This document shows, one piece after another, positions 40,357-54,521 of a DNA stretch of 64,000 bases. Every line of letters begins with the position of its first letter. Positions within the stretch are counted from its first letter, which is position 1. Where the stretch lies: assembly GCA_039096225.1 (NCBI GenBank), contig JBBPEB010000007.1, positions 1,116,001 through 1,180,000 on the forward strand, read 5' to 3'. This DNA comes from Blastocystis sp. Blastoise. Lineage: Eukaryota; Protista; Bigyra: Opalinata. Below the pieces are notes generated by a model. The model was not told where the DNA came from. It searched no databases and worked only from the letters and a program-made list of their open reading frames with translations. A program made the position numbers and the translations under genes.

Positions 40357-41368
40357 TTTATTTTTTGTTTCAATATGTTTTAATATATATCTTATTATAT
40401 TGTATTAGCTATGACTATTTTATTATGAATTATATTTATTCTTCGTGTTGAAGATGATTTCAATTATATGCAATTTTATGTGTTTATATTTGCTTTTATT
40501 TGTTTTTTGAAAACTAACAATAATCCATGACTAGAATCAACAACTTCTGCTAGAAAATATAAATATTTTTTGGATGTCACACACATCACATTTGCATATA
40601 GTTATTTGTTAACTCTTTTATATTAATAAAAATCACTTTCTAAAAGAATTGACGATGTTATTGTCTGAAATATAAAGATGATAATACAAATGTTTACAAA
40701 TTAATAGTTTCAAATGTAAAATTATTATAATGGAAGTGTGAGGAATATTGTCATAGGTGTAAATATATATATAAACAATTTAAAAAATATGTTCTGGCTA
40801 TTTGGAACAAGAATAAAAATTTTGCACATACTTTTTTTGAAAAAAGAAACTCCATGTACCTTGCCCATCTCTAATATTCCCATAATTATTTCTTATAACT
40901 ATTTTCACCTTTTAGGACATTAACAAATGATATATATTAATATAAAAATTCTTATTAGTGTAGAGTCTTGATGTTTAATTAAATGAGAAGGATTATTATC
41001 GTTTTTAGAATGTTGATTTTTTTTGTCATGAATAGAAATCATTATTTTGAATAAATTCATTGTTTTTATTAATGTATGCAAATATATTAGAAAGTATATA
41101 TTGAAACAAAATGCTGAATATTAAATATCAACAATAATGGATGATTCCCCAGAAATGATGTATATAAAAATATAAAGATTGGAATGAAAAGAGTGCAAGT
41201 GACTTAATATCTCAGAAGAAGTCACAGTTAGACAATATTAAATAGAATTAAAAATTTTTAAAAACAAATTCTAGAAAATAAAAATGAAACAGTTGTTAAA
41301 ATGATGAAAAAACTAGCAGATCATTAAGTAAAAAAAAAGTAGAAGAGAATAGATTGTTTTCATGCGAA

Positions 41369-42881
41369 TTAATACCATACAAACATAGCTGAAACAGTTC
41401 CATCTGCATATATCCAGTCTCTTTGTATTGAAATAGTCTGTCTACAGTTCGGACAGGTATTTTCACGTTCAAACCTATTTATATATAGGTATATTTATAT
41501 TTAAACAGCTGAATAGTTATATAGAATTAATAAAGAAAGAAATGTATATAGTTGATATGAATTCATATATATATATATATACCATTCAGAAACACATTCA
41601 TAGCAGAAAGCATGTCCACAAGGTAATTCTATTGGATCAATTAAATCATTTAAACAGATACTACAAGTAGTATCCTTTCCTTCTTCTACTAGTTGCTGAC
41701 GCGTTGTACGCTTTCCATAGGGTGCGTCATCATGAATATAGCTGATGATCATTCGATAGACTTTTGACATCAAAGTGAAAAAACAGGAAAATTTGGAAAA
41801 TATATAAAGTGAAGGAAAGATAGCAGCAAAGATTTTTGATTTTTGGAGTGACTAATTAGATAGAAATAAGAATAATAATAATGAATAATAATAAGGATAA
41901 TAATAATGAATACTAATAATGAATAATAATAATGAATAATAATAATGAATAATAATAAGAATAAGAATGAAATAGAGAGTAGTTGTATACAGAGTAGTAA
42001 ACCATCCAGACAGGAACGTTATTGATATGACGAAGTGCAAGAGAGAACTGCTCAGCAATAGCTATTAACTGACGTTTCTTCCTGGATATATATAGATCAG
42101 AGTGATTTCTAAATAGATATTTAGGGAGTAATTGAATTAGTATTTTTATACACATAGTAGTGCTTAAAGAATTAATATCTATATATATATATGTATGATA
42201 ACAATGTATGATGAAGATAAAATGATATAGTATAGTAAAAAAAACTATTTATTAAGAATATTAAACAATTATATATATACCTAATCTGAAAGCAATCCAC
42301 AGTGTTTGTAGAATAGAAGGAGATTTCATATAATTCTGTAATGCGTCGATATTCCATACTGTTAAATAATTCAGTGGATCGTCATAAAATAATAAATAAG
42401 GATATAGAATAAGAAGAATACCTAGGAATAATAAACGAAATAAATCATTCTTATTATAATCTTCCTATAGAGTATAATTCAGTATATTATATAAATAGAA
42501 TATATAAATGCATATTATTATAGAATAAATATATATATATATATATACACGAAGAGATATAATAGTTTTCAGTTGACCATTTAATCGATTAAATATAATT
42601 ATGAAGAAACCAATTAACAATATATCTATATATTATTTAGAATAAAATAAATTATAAAAAATTAAAATATATAAATAAAAAAATAATTTTATTATTTATA
42701 TGAATAATATATATATATACGTCTATAATAAGTAAATAATAAACTTAGTATAAGAATTGTAACACATGGAAGAATATTTTGAAAATTAGAAAGCATTTGA
42801 AGTACTATAGAATAAAATAAGAATATAAATAAGATTATACATATATACAATTTCGATTAATATGTATATTATTCATATTCA

Positions 42882-42969
<88 letters not shown>

Positions 42970-43608
42970 TCCATTATTATTATTATTATTATTTCCATTA
43001 TTATTCACATTATTATTCACATTATTATTCACATTATTATTTCTATTTCTATTACTATGGTCTTGACGAATACGCATGGCTGTTTGAATAACATCAGTAA
43101 CATTGGCTGTTCTTAATGCCTCAAGGAAATCATCTGCATCCTGTGAATTCAAACTTGATATACTTTCTGTATCTGAATCAGATTCTGCTAAATCTTGTGA
43201 ATTTTCTACTGAATTTGATAAATGAACATTTCTATTCTCATTGTTTGACTCATCAGATACATTCAAATTATCATTTGAATCACTCGGATTTGGAATTTGT
43301 ATATATCTCTGCGAAGAACGACTATTATGATTACTAGAATTTCTTGATATCAGTGGAGGAGGATTATCGTCATCGTCAGCTACTATTTGAACTCCAATAT
43401 TACCAAATGGAGTTAATAAAAGAGGCAATATTCCTAAAGAATTCAAGGGATGACTATCATTTCCAGATTCACTATGATTATTAAGTAAAGAAGCATTCTC
43501 ATCACTTTCCGATGGAGTTCTAGTTGCTCCACACGTGCTGCATCGCGTTAGAGAAGCTATATTTGAATGATTACAGGATGAACATATCCAATGTGTTTCC
43601 ATATTCAT
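41369..43608 (-). CDS. Multi-pass membrane C3HC4 RING E3 ligase (RNFT1/2-like) with N-terminal RanBP2/NZF zinc finger
   Basis: WICSSCNHSNIASLTRCSTC, a poly-Asn tract, hydrophobic exons, CSIC...[26 protein letters not shown] and terminal DGTVSAMFVWY. Confidence 0.85.
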
Positions 43609-44552
43609 ACTGTATTATTATAGAAAAGAGTCAACAGACTAGTGAATCTAATTATATACAAAAAAGGAGGATTTCGTAGAATACAGTGTCCTTCTTTTCT
43701 TTAATTTAAGAAGATTTTCATGTTTTTTTAAAAATTTCCAGTCAGAAACGAAAATGTTTCCAAGTTCGATTTATTAATTCTTTTAGTTATTTTTCTTTAT
43801 ATAAGCAATATGGTTTGCGATACAACTTTATTTTATTATGTCTTTATTATGAAAAAGTTTATTATATTCTTTTAAAAGTAAATCCTGTATGTTTTTATTC
43901 ATCACTAACTAATTAGTAAAGAAATATTTTTAGAAATAAGTGTATGTCATTGGAAACACGTTGAAAACTTTGCTGGAGTTTAAATAGTTTCATTCTTTTG
44001 AGGAATTCGACTATTTGTTTTTTATTGAGTTTATCTTAAGAAAGTAAATATTCAGAAAATATTTAAATAGTATACATATATGGTTGATACAAAATTATGA
44101 ATAGAGGAAATGCTAATCGACAGAAGTTGCGTGCTTTATGTTGATTATATTCCGAATAATGTATAAAATTTTAATTAAATAGTTAAGCATTGGTATCTAA
44201 TATAAATATTTGAAAAAATTAAAGAGTTATAGGTTGTTAAAAAAAGAATACAACAAAAAATATTTATAAAAAATAAAGGAATTCAAATAATTATCGAATA
44301 AAAAGTGATGAGCATGAATAATAATGTATTAAAATCTAGTGTATATATTAGAAAATTTATACTAAATGAGATGAAACGAATAATAAGACAAACAATATAG
44401 TGTTATGTTGCATTAAAGATATTTCAGATTGTTAGGTTTATAATAATAGTTTTTTAAGGCCATTAAGAAATGGAAGCTTATATATGATTTATTAAAATAA
44501 AATACTATATATATATAAATATAAATAATATCATAATAAACAGAAGAAATAT

Positions 44553-44959
44553 TTATATAATTATTTTTCTTCTTTTTCGTCTCGTACAACTGTTTCTAAC
44601 GGTAATTCATTGAAAAATTAAGGATATATATAGTTATATTATTACATAATATATAATATATAATATATAATATATAATATATAATATATAATAAATTAAT
44701 CTATATATATATATAAAAGGATATGCATAAAGATGGTTTTCTTTAGATATATAATGAATAGAATTAGATTTACTAGATCCAAAAGAAGGAAGAATAGTCG
44801 CGGGAATATGATAATTATGAGCAGTAGACTCTGAATGACGAATATTTAAACTGACTTCTGAATTGGATAAAGTAGGATTTGTGTTCCCATTTGTGTTCCA
44901 TACATTCCCTTCTAGTAAACGAACAATCCACTATATATTAATCAATCATTATTATTGTG

Positions 44960-44990
<31 letters not shown>

Positions 44991-45170
44991 CTTGTGCAGC
45001 TGGGTAATCCATTTCTGTTAAGAATATACGGATAATCGCGGTTATCGGGACTGATAGAATAGCTCCGGTTATTCCCCATAACATATACCAGACTGCGAGA
45101 CATATAAGAACAACAATCTATATATATAATATAATATAATATAATATAATATAATATATATACATAATAT

Positions 45171-45201
<31 letters not shown>

Positions 45202-45413
45202 CGGGATGTAGTTCTAATGAGGACCCAAAGGCTTGAGGTTCAACGACATTACCAATAATAGCATGAAGCAACTATATATATATAATAGAAAGAGAGAGAT
45301 GAAAATAATAGATAAACGATAATTAAAACTATATTTATTTTCATTAAAACAATATATAAAAATAATACAAATATATAATAATTAAACAATTGTATTTGAT
45401 GAGTATTCTAAAA

Positions 45414-45452
<39 letters not shown>

Positions 45453-45658
45453 AATGGAATAATAATAGAGCAAGTTTTAGCAAACCAGGATAAGGAAGTA
45501 TCCAGAATAATCACGGGGAGAGTAATAAGAGTAGCAAATACAGGACCCTAAGAAAGAATAGATTTAAGTGAAACATTATTATTTGTGTAAATCACAATAA
45601 AATATTTTTATATTTTTAATAAGTTATTAAAATATGTTTTTGGAATTCGGATAATAGG

Positions 45659-45691
<33 letters not shown>

Positions 45692-47232
45692 TAATATATA
45701 CAACATTCGGTATATAGTTGAAGAAGAACGTAGTGACAAACCATACAGAAGAGAGTTTCACATTAAAAATAGGTCCTAATACTATATATACAAGAAGAGC
45801 TACTCCTAAAGAAATTAATGTTTTCACAACAATATATCGTTCAATCTATATATATATATAATAATAACATGAATAATAATAATTATATATATGGGAATAA
45901 AAAAAATAAATAATATTATAATATATATACATATCTAAAAAAAGCAAAATATATATACTTGTTCGTTGACTTTATTATGTAGATTAGGTTGTCCTTCTCT
46001 TTCTCCTTCTCTTTCTCCTTCTTCTTCTTCTCCTGTTCCTTCAAATAATAGATATAATAAATATAAAAGTACCCAAAATGATTGACATATAAAATCATAT
46101 ATATAAACAACAACATTTGAAAGTAGCGTAGATAAAGGAACCATCTTTTGAATATATTCAATTACATTCGAAATATCAACTTTAAATGCAGATATACACC
46201 ATGTTTCTATTTCCGTAATGAGTCGACTTGCTTCTTTTATATAATCATCATATTCATTCTTTTGAAAGGTATCAATCTTTATATATATATAGAATAAAAA
46301 TAACTGCTATATATATAACGATACTGAACTAAATTATATATATAAAATGATACTAAACTAACTGTTATATATATATATATATAAATCAATTAAATAATAA
46401 TATAAAAATATAATAATAATAATAATATATACCGCTGAAATAATAAACATTGTAACACCAACACAAATACCAACAACAAAAATAATGGACAAGAATATAC
46501 CTACCATATTAGGTATACGAATCAAAAGTAACTCCATCTGCCAGAAGTTATCACAAGTAACTCTATTCTCTTCATTTGTATATCTCTATATATAGAATCA
46601 GTCTAATATATAATAATTCTATATTATCTTAAAGAATAGAATAACATAAGAATAGCACTATTTATATATATAAACAATTACTAAATACATACATTATTAT
46701 TATTATTATCATTATTTTTATCATTAACATTAATATTATCTGTATTATTCTTTGGTAATAAACTATGTGTATCATATATAGAAATACTATCTGTACGTCG
46801 TTTCTTCCTATATATTAATCCATGTGGCCAATATATATGAAATGGCTTCGTAATAAAATGAATTATAGGCTTCATTAAATAATATAAAAATAATGCTATA
46901 ACTAAAGGCACTAAAATATCTTTGAGATAGATTAAAAGCATGCCTACAACAGCACTAGCAATCACTAATAAAGAGTATGTTGTTAATGAAGAATTCACTA
47001 AACGAAGTTCTCTTTCATGATTTATGTTAGAAGACTCATTTCCTATTGGAATATGATTTGTTTCTAAAGGATTTGTCAGTTCAACAGGAGAGACTGAAGC
47101 AGATTGCTCTGAAGTCTCAACAGAATTCTTTGATTGAGAATGTTGGAATAAACTATGCTGATTTATTGGAGATTCCTCAATTTCCTCATTCTGAATAGAC
47201 TCATTTGTATCTGAAATACTGTATTTATTCAT
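44553..47232 (-). CDS. AI-2E family (PerM/TqsA-like) transporter
   Basis: LKDILVPLVIALFLYYLMKP, RYIVVKTLIS, FFFNYIPNVGP, GNVVEPQAFGSSLELHP and WYMLWGITGAILSVP. The 3' end depends on the acceptor of a U12-type intron (stop at 44553 or 44561). Confidence 0.88.
44602..44724 (-). other. U12-type (minor) intron with AT donor
   Basis: 5' splice site ATATCCTTT at 44724 and branch site TCCTTAAT at ~44617-44624. The acceptor is either AC (44602) or AA (44610). Confidence 0.75.
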
Positions 47233-48012
47233 AATGTTCTACTTAACGATCGCAATTAGTGTGAAGTGAAGATATAAAAACTAAATTCTATAATAATAGA
47301 AGTAAGAAAGAAAATCAAATATATGTACATCTTCAGTAATGCTATTAATAAACCGTTCAATACGATAAGTAATAAAATAACAAAAGTTTATAGTTTCATG
47401 ATTATCACTAAAAGAGACAGTCAGAAAAGTCAATTTCAAATAAAAAGATAAAATTAGTTATTTTTATCGATTTACATTGATAGTGATTGTGTCTATTGAC
47501 ATATTCTGATTTCAAACATTATCCTGAATGTTAAATACGGAATATAATGACAAATGAAAGAATACATGTATTCATATTTCTCGAGATTGGTGTATTTTTT
47601 TATTAATTTTATAGGAGTAGAGAGTCCAAAAACGAGTCATGAGCTAACGTTAAACAAAATCAAATTTATTGTCGACTGATCTGTACGATTTTTATTTTCT
47701 GGTTCATTATGGCAATAATGAAAACAATATAAAGTTAAAATTAGTGTTGCAGCTTTCAAAGTATAAAACTACATACAGTTGTTCGATTTCAGCGTTCTTT
47801 ATCAATATTAATTAAAAAAACTCAAAAAAAAAGCTATAAATCAAAACTAATGTATATAAACAAAATAATTTTTATGCAAATGCTAATAATTTAATTGAGA
47901 GAACATGAGTAACAAAAAGAGAAACATGAATAATAATGTAAAATGACTTTCCAGTTTAGGATACAAAGAAGATTATTAATATATATATAAATTAAATAGA
48001 TAGTTATTATTC

Positions 48013-49574
48013 TTACGGTTTTTCTAAAAAAAAGTCTATGCGATTCTGACGCACTTTTTTCTCCATATCAAATATCATTTTACTTACTATATATAAAATT
48101 CATAAAATATAAAAATAGCTAAAAATAATATAAAAATAACATAAAAATAACATAAATATAATAATGAATATAATAGCAAATATAATACTATATAAGATAC
48201 ATTCAGGAGTATATTCTTTACGTTTTGCATATTGTGAACAAAAGAAAAATATAAGAATTATTTCCATAATAGAACACAGAAAAGTTGTAATTACTTCACT
48301 ACCGAAAAAGATCATGCATACAATTCGCAACAGGATATTAATTCCAGCTAAAATTGCACAGTAGATATATGAAGAAAACTGATATTTATTGTAATGATAT
48401 AATAATTATATAATATAAATATAAATATAATAATAAAAAGATATGATTCCATAAAACTTTAAGAGTATTTGAACAGCAATAATGACCATAATTATAGGAA
48501 GGATACAACACATAATTAGATATAAATTAAGTGAAAAACAAGTAATTAAAATAGTAATCATCTATAAAGAATATTTTTTAGAAAATTAAAAATAATAATA
48601 ATATAGATATTCATGATTTAAATAATATATATACACAATCAACTACACCTAAAGCAAAAGTATTTTGAAAACCTTTATGTTTACTATGATATTGTCTATA
48701 GAGTTGTCTTTCTTCTGGTGTAAATCTAGCTTGCTCAATCTATATGTTAATAATATATATATAGACATTACTAATATTATAGAACCAAAGAAAAATATAT
48801 AGTTGATTCATATTGTATATACATTTTGAACTCTTCTATATATTATATATTTTATAAATAAGATAATGTTTATACTATATATATAATATATAAACATAAT
48901 ATATATATATATATATATATATACGTTTGTGTTGGATCCATTTGTATTTGAACCATTTTATGATTTCTAGTTCTCATTCTCATTGTAGGCATAGGTCGAG
49001 AATCAGAAGATATATCTATAGGTATTCCATTACTAGCATCATTTTGAGTTGATATAGGAATAGCAGAAGGTATTGTTTGAACAGTCATAGGTATAGATGG
49101 ATTATTTACTGACATACCAATAGGAATAGCAGAAGGTATTGATATTGATGGACTATTTACTGACATACCAACAGGAATAGCAGAAGCCATAGGTATTCCA
49201 TTCATATTATTATTTGAATAATTTGAATTAGGTATTGAAGGAATAATTGGTTGAACAGGAAAAACGGGTTGTATAGGAGACACAATACTATTATGTACAG
49301 AAGAAGGAATCTCTATATTATTATTATATGGATCTAATATTTGTTGAGGCTTATTATTAGGGTCAATTGACACTTGATTTATATTATATCTACGATGAAT
49401 TGAATCAATAATAAATAAATGAGAAATACAATAATGATATAATTAAGAAATAATCATTTATTTATTATAATTATAAAATATTAACTTGTAAAAGAAACAA
49501 ATTACGTTAAAAGACATTTATGATATGTTATTTAAGAGATTTATATACTGTATATTATTAGGAATTCCAGCCAT
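48013..49574 (-). CDS. Hypothetical membrane protein with P/I/S/N-rich N-terminus, tandem paralog A
   Basis: Seven exons, including a 13-nt micro-exon (48823-48835) and an AT-AC intron (48361-48444). About four hydrophobic segments. Colinear with paralog B. Confidence 0.75.
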
Positions 49575-50815
49575 TATATTTTACTTTTAAATATATAAAC
49601 AAAATATATATATCAAATATTTAAAATCCATATTGTTTTAAAATACTAAAAACTTTTTTTTTGGATACTGACGAGGGTAGTGTTTTCACATTCATTATCA
49701 CTTTCGGAACTGGCGATTATCCGTGTTTAATAACTGATTAGTGGCGAATAAATAAATATTCCCATTTTATTAGGAGATTATGGCTAATATGAAAGAAGCC
49801 AGTTATTACTTAAGAATTCTATATAAACTATAATTGTGTAGCTAGTTTAAGTAATTTATTTCTTTAATTTGTGTGCTATCTATTGTAAATTTAGTTGTTT
49901 ATTATTTTTATTGTTTGAATTTAATATAATCATTATTAGCGTTATGATTCTATTCATAGAATATGAGTTCAAAAGTAGTCATTTTAAAATTAAGAATCTG
50001 GACATAAAACGATATGAATCATTATTCTAATAACAGAAAACAACTCTTAAAAATAGAAATGAGTTCTCTATATGTATAAAGATACATAATTATGTATAAA
50101 TCCAGTTAATCATAAAAAAAGTAAATTCTTCATATTCTCAAATTACGCAGTTGCCATTTTTTACTCTATGTTATATAGTATGACATCCTACAATTCAAAA
50201 ATAGTTAAAACTGTGAATTGTGAGGAAAATAATCAATTATTGTCAAGTGAATATTAATATCAGAATAATTATCTATTAATTAATAAAGAACGGAGTTGGA
50301 CATAAAAGATTATACGAAAAAAAACTGTTTTATGATAGTTCAAAAAAGTAATTAAATTTGTATCACAAATACCTACAATATAATGATAATCATCGCGATG
50401 TATAAAAACTTTATAATTATTTAGATTAATATATATAATCAAATCTAACATATTCATAAAATACATAAAGAAAAACAAGTCACAAATTTGAAATAGTATA
50501 TTGTATCCGTTTTTTATTATGATGTTTAAAGCTTATAGTAAGTGTTGTATCTTTGTTATAAATCATAAAGATAACAAAAGTTAAACTCGATATTTTGTGA
50601 ACAAGCTATTAGAATGCAAATGCTAAAGAATTCATTGAAACAACAATCATCATGAACATAGAAATATAAATAATATAATAGAATTACTTATATATATAAT
50701 AAAAAAAAAGCAATTAACATATGTGTATGTATAATGGATAATAATCAAAATAATAAATGAATGTAATAGGATTAAAGATAGAACAAGTTAATATACAAAA
50801 AAAGAATAGATTTAT

Positions 50816-51193
50816 TTATCTTCTATATCCTCTATTTCTTCTTCTAGGTGGTTCATAATTCATTTTTAAGTCGAAACGATTCTTTCGAAGTTTGTTTTCC
50901 ATTTCATCTATCTTTACTTTTACTATATATTATTTATTAGAATATTATGATAATAAATATAATACTATATAACATACATTCAGGAGTATATTCATTACGT
51001 CTTGCATATAATTTATTGCAGAATATAATTAGAGCAACTTCAATACCACCACAAACAAGAGTGGATAAAATATCAAAAGTCATAACAAATAAGGCAATTC
51101 GTAATCCAATATTAACACCTGCTAAAATCATACAGTATATATATTAAGAAAACAAATATTTATTGTGATGATATAATAATAGTTGTATTATTG

Positions 51194-51262
<69 letters not shown>

Positions 51263-52362
51263 GGATATTATTTTATAAAGATTAAGCATTTTTTTACATG
51301 TAATAAATTGCATAACAAGAGGAAGAATAATGCATATACCTCCAAACAAATTATAGGTATAAAATATAAAGAAAATTGTTAAACACTATATAGAATATAT
51401 TATAAAAATATAAATAATAATAATAAAAGTGATGGTTGCTAGAGTATATAAGTATACAATAAAATTAATAATAAAAAAAAAATTATGAAAATTAGATATA
51501 TATATTATATATATATACCCAATCTAATAAACATAAAACAGTAGTTAATCCAAAATATTGACTCATATCATGGAAATTCTTATAGAGTTCTCTTTCTTCT
51601 GGAGTAAATCCCGCTTGCTCGAACTATAGAATAATAAGGATTATTATTAGAATTATGATTCTTGTTATCATTAGAATTCTATTAAGAAATCCATGAGAAA
51701 TAATAATAGTTGATTTATATTCTATATACATTTTGAGCTTTTCTATATATATATAATAGATATAATATATAAATATCATTATATATACGTTTGTGTTGGA
51801 TCAATTTGAATTTGAACTATTTTATGATTTCTATCTTCAACATTCATTATAGCCATAGCTTGATCACTTGGCATAGCAATAGGTATTCCATTTATAGTAT
51901 TATTTTGAGCTGATATAGGAACAGCAGAAGGTATTGTTTGAACACCCATAGGTATAGATGGATTATTTACTGACATACCAACAGGAATAGCAGAAGCCAT
52001 AGGTATTCCATTCATATTATTATCCATTCCTGGATTATATCCTTGAGGATTCATCATTATATTATTTGAATAATTTGAATTAGGTATTGAAGGAACAAGT
52101 GGCTGAGAAGGAACAAGTGGCTGAATAGAATTGCCTACATTATTATTAGGGTCAATTGACACTTGATTTATATTATATCTATGATAAATTGAAACATTAA
52201 AAAATAAATGAGATATAAAATAATGATATAATCAAGAAATAATCATTTATTTATTATAATTATAAAATATTATATTGAAAGGAAACAAATTACGTTAAAA
52301 GACATTTATGACATGTTATTTAAGAGATTTATATACTGTATATTATTAGGAATTCCAGCCAT
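50816..52362 (-). CDS. Hypothetical membrane protein, tandem paralog B
   Basis: Same exon layout as paralog A (MAGIPNNIQYNINQVSIDPNN..., FTPEER, EYTPE). Micro-exon at 51730-51742 and AT-AC intron at 51135-51268. Confidence 0.75.
51135..51268 (-). other. U12-type AT-AC intron
   Basis: Donor ATATCCTTTT, branch TTTCTTAAT (51143-51151), and AC acceptor 9 nt after the branch A. Phase-0 join LYKI|CMILAG; the position is conserved in paralog A. Confidence 0.82.
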
Positions 52363-53542
52363 TATATTTTATTTATAAATATATAATAAAAATATTTATA
52401 TTGAATGTTAGAATCCTCATTGTTTTAAAATACTAAAAACAATTCTTTTGGATACTGACACTCCTTTTTATTTTGAATTGAAACAATGAAGAAATTCATT
52501 TCTTTACTGCTATTCTAGATATAATTCTGGGAATCAAACATATGTGTCATCTCCTATTTAAAACGTTTTTAGTAAATCTTAATACATTTTTGAGGGCAGT
52601 TTTCTCTACAGTTTTTCACTAAAGGCAATTTGCTGACGTTCCTCATTTTACTTTTTAAAACGAAGACTTTAATCTTGTACTTTCTTTTTTGTTTTCTATC
52701 AACTGGATATCTAAGGGTATACAAAAAAAAAAAATACAAATATCATTATTGATACAGAAGATTGTATAATAAAATGATATGTAAATACATGAAGTGCTTT
52801 TCACAGTTAATCAAAAAGGTATATTTTTCTTTTTATGTAGGAAGTAAACTGAATTACTGTAGTTTTTTTCTTTTGATCTGAATATAAAGGATATGATATA
52901 TATTTGTTTGACTGTGAAGCACTTTCTACACATGTGAGATCGAAATAATATACTTAATAATGAGACAGTGAAGGTATTTAAAGAAAAATGCTTTTGTTGT
53001 TCATAAAAAGGTATGTTATACATTATGAATAAACAATCACAATCATTATCTTATTGAATAAATATATATAAAGAAATATGTATAAATATTTTCTATATAT
53101 TTTTCATTATATGAATATATACATATAATATCTGTTTTCCATAATGAATTATGGGGAAAAAAATTAATGAATGTAAGAGTTTTTTAAATATGAATTATAA
53201 ACAATGCCTTTATGATATAGATTTACAATAATTAGGAATGAAATCATGTATATTCTTTTTAATATTAATATTGTTGTTGGTCTATCCATCTTCTACTCTT
53301 TATATCATATTTTTATGTCTAAAATGTTTTATATATATAATCAATATGTTATCCTTTTTCTTCATATAATAATGAAACAAAAATAAAGACCATAATAATA
53401 TTTACAATATATTTTAAAAGAAAAAATATATATTAAATATATATGTAATATTAAAAAAATCTAAAAGAAAGAGTATATATATTAATATATATACTATAAA
53501 AAAATTCTAAAAGAAAGAATGTATAAAATAAATAAATAAAAA

Positions 53543-54423
53543 TTAGTTTTCAAGTATTTCTACAGTTCCTTTACCTCCATCGACTTTAATTCTCATACCA
53601 GTTTTGACTTTTTCCATAAGATTCTGTACATTAACAACACAAGGAATACCCATTTCTCTAGCTACAATAGAACCATGAGTAAGAGGACCACCTATAGCAA
53701 TCACAACAGCAGAAGCAGGTACAAATAATGGTGTCCAACCAGGATCAGTAGCAGGAGCTACTAATATATCACCTTTTTTTAAATGACCTTCTCGAGGATC
53801 TAAAACAACTACTGCTCTTCCTTCAACTATACCTGCAGAAGTAGGCATTCCTTTTAAGATATTTTCAGGTAAATCTAATAATTCTTGTTTTGTTTGTTCA
53901 GATATATTGACAATAGATGCATAAGGAGATACAATCATACGAGGAGAAGAAATAGATTTAGCACGTATATAAATAGATTTACGTTGTTGAAGAAGAGTAG
54001 TCATTTTAGTAATATCTACTTTATTTTGTTCATAATCACATAATTCATCAATAGAGAAATGGAAAACGTCTTGAAGATCATGAATTATTCCTTCTTTCAT
54101 CATCTTATGACCTAATTGTATAATTAATTTACGTTGACAAGAAAATAAAGAGATTAGTATATATTTATGATGTTCTCTATAAGTGAACATAAGTCTAGCA
54201 ACAGGTAAATAATAACGAATTGCTTCAGCATCTTTCTTTGATATTTTTGAACATATCTAAAAAGTAATATTATTAAAATATAATATACAATATACATACT
54301 TCATCAACAGCTTCATCTGCTTTCTTTTCTAAAACATCAGGTGATTTCTCTTCTACATTCTCATAAGAAGTATTTAATATAGTTAAAAGAATAATTGATG
54401 GTTTATCTTCATATCTATATAAA

Positions 54424-54521
<98 letters not shown>

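Noticed and set aside
49673-49750. Slightly GC-richer intergenic patch, and scattered ATGATGA/CTGA boxes elsewhere, as ncRNA or snoRNA
   Set aside because: I could not find a convincing fold or guide complementarity by eye. An Infernal/Rfam scan would be needed.
54421-54520. A strict rule that introns carry (TAT)n and exons carry (AAT)n in the sense strand
   Set aside because: It is only a tendency. This RPH intron and the PPR intron at ~27197-27250 carry sense (AAT)n.
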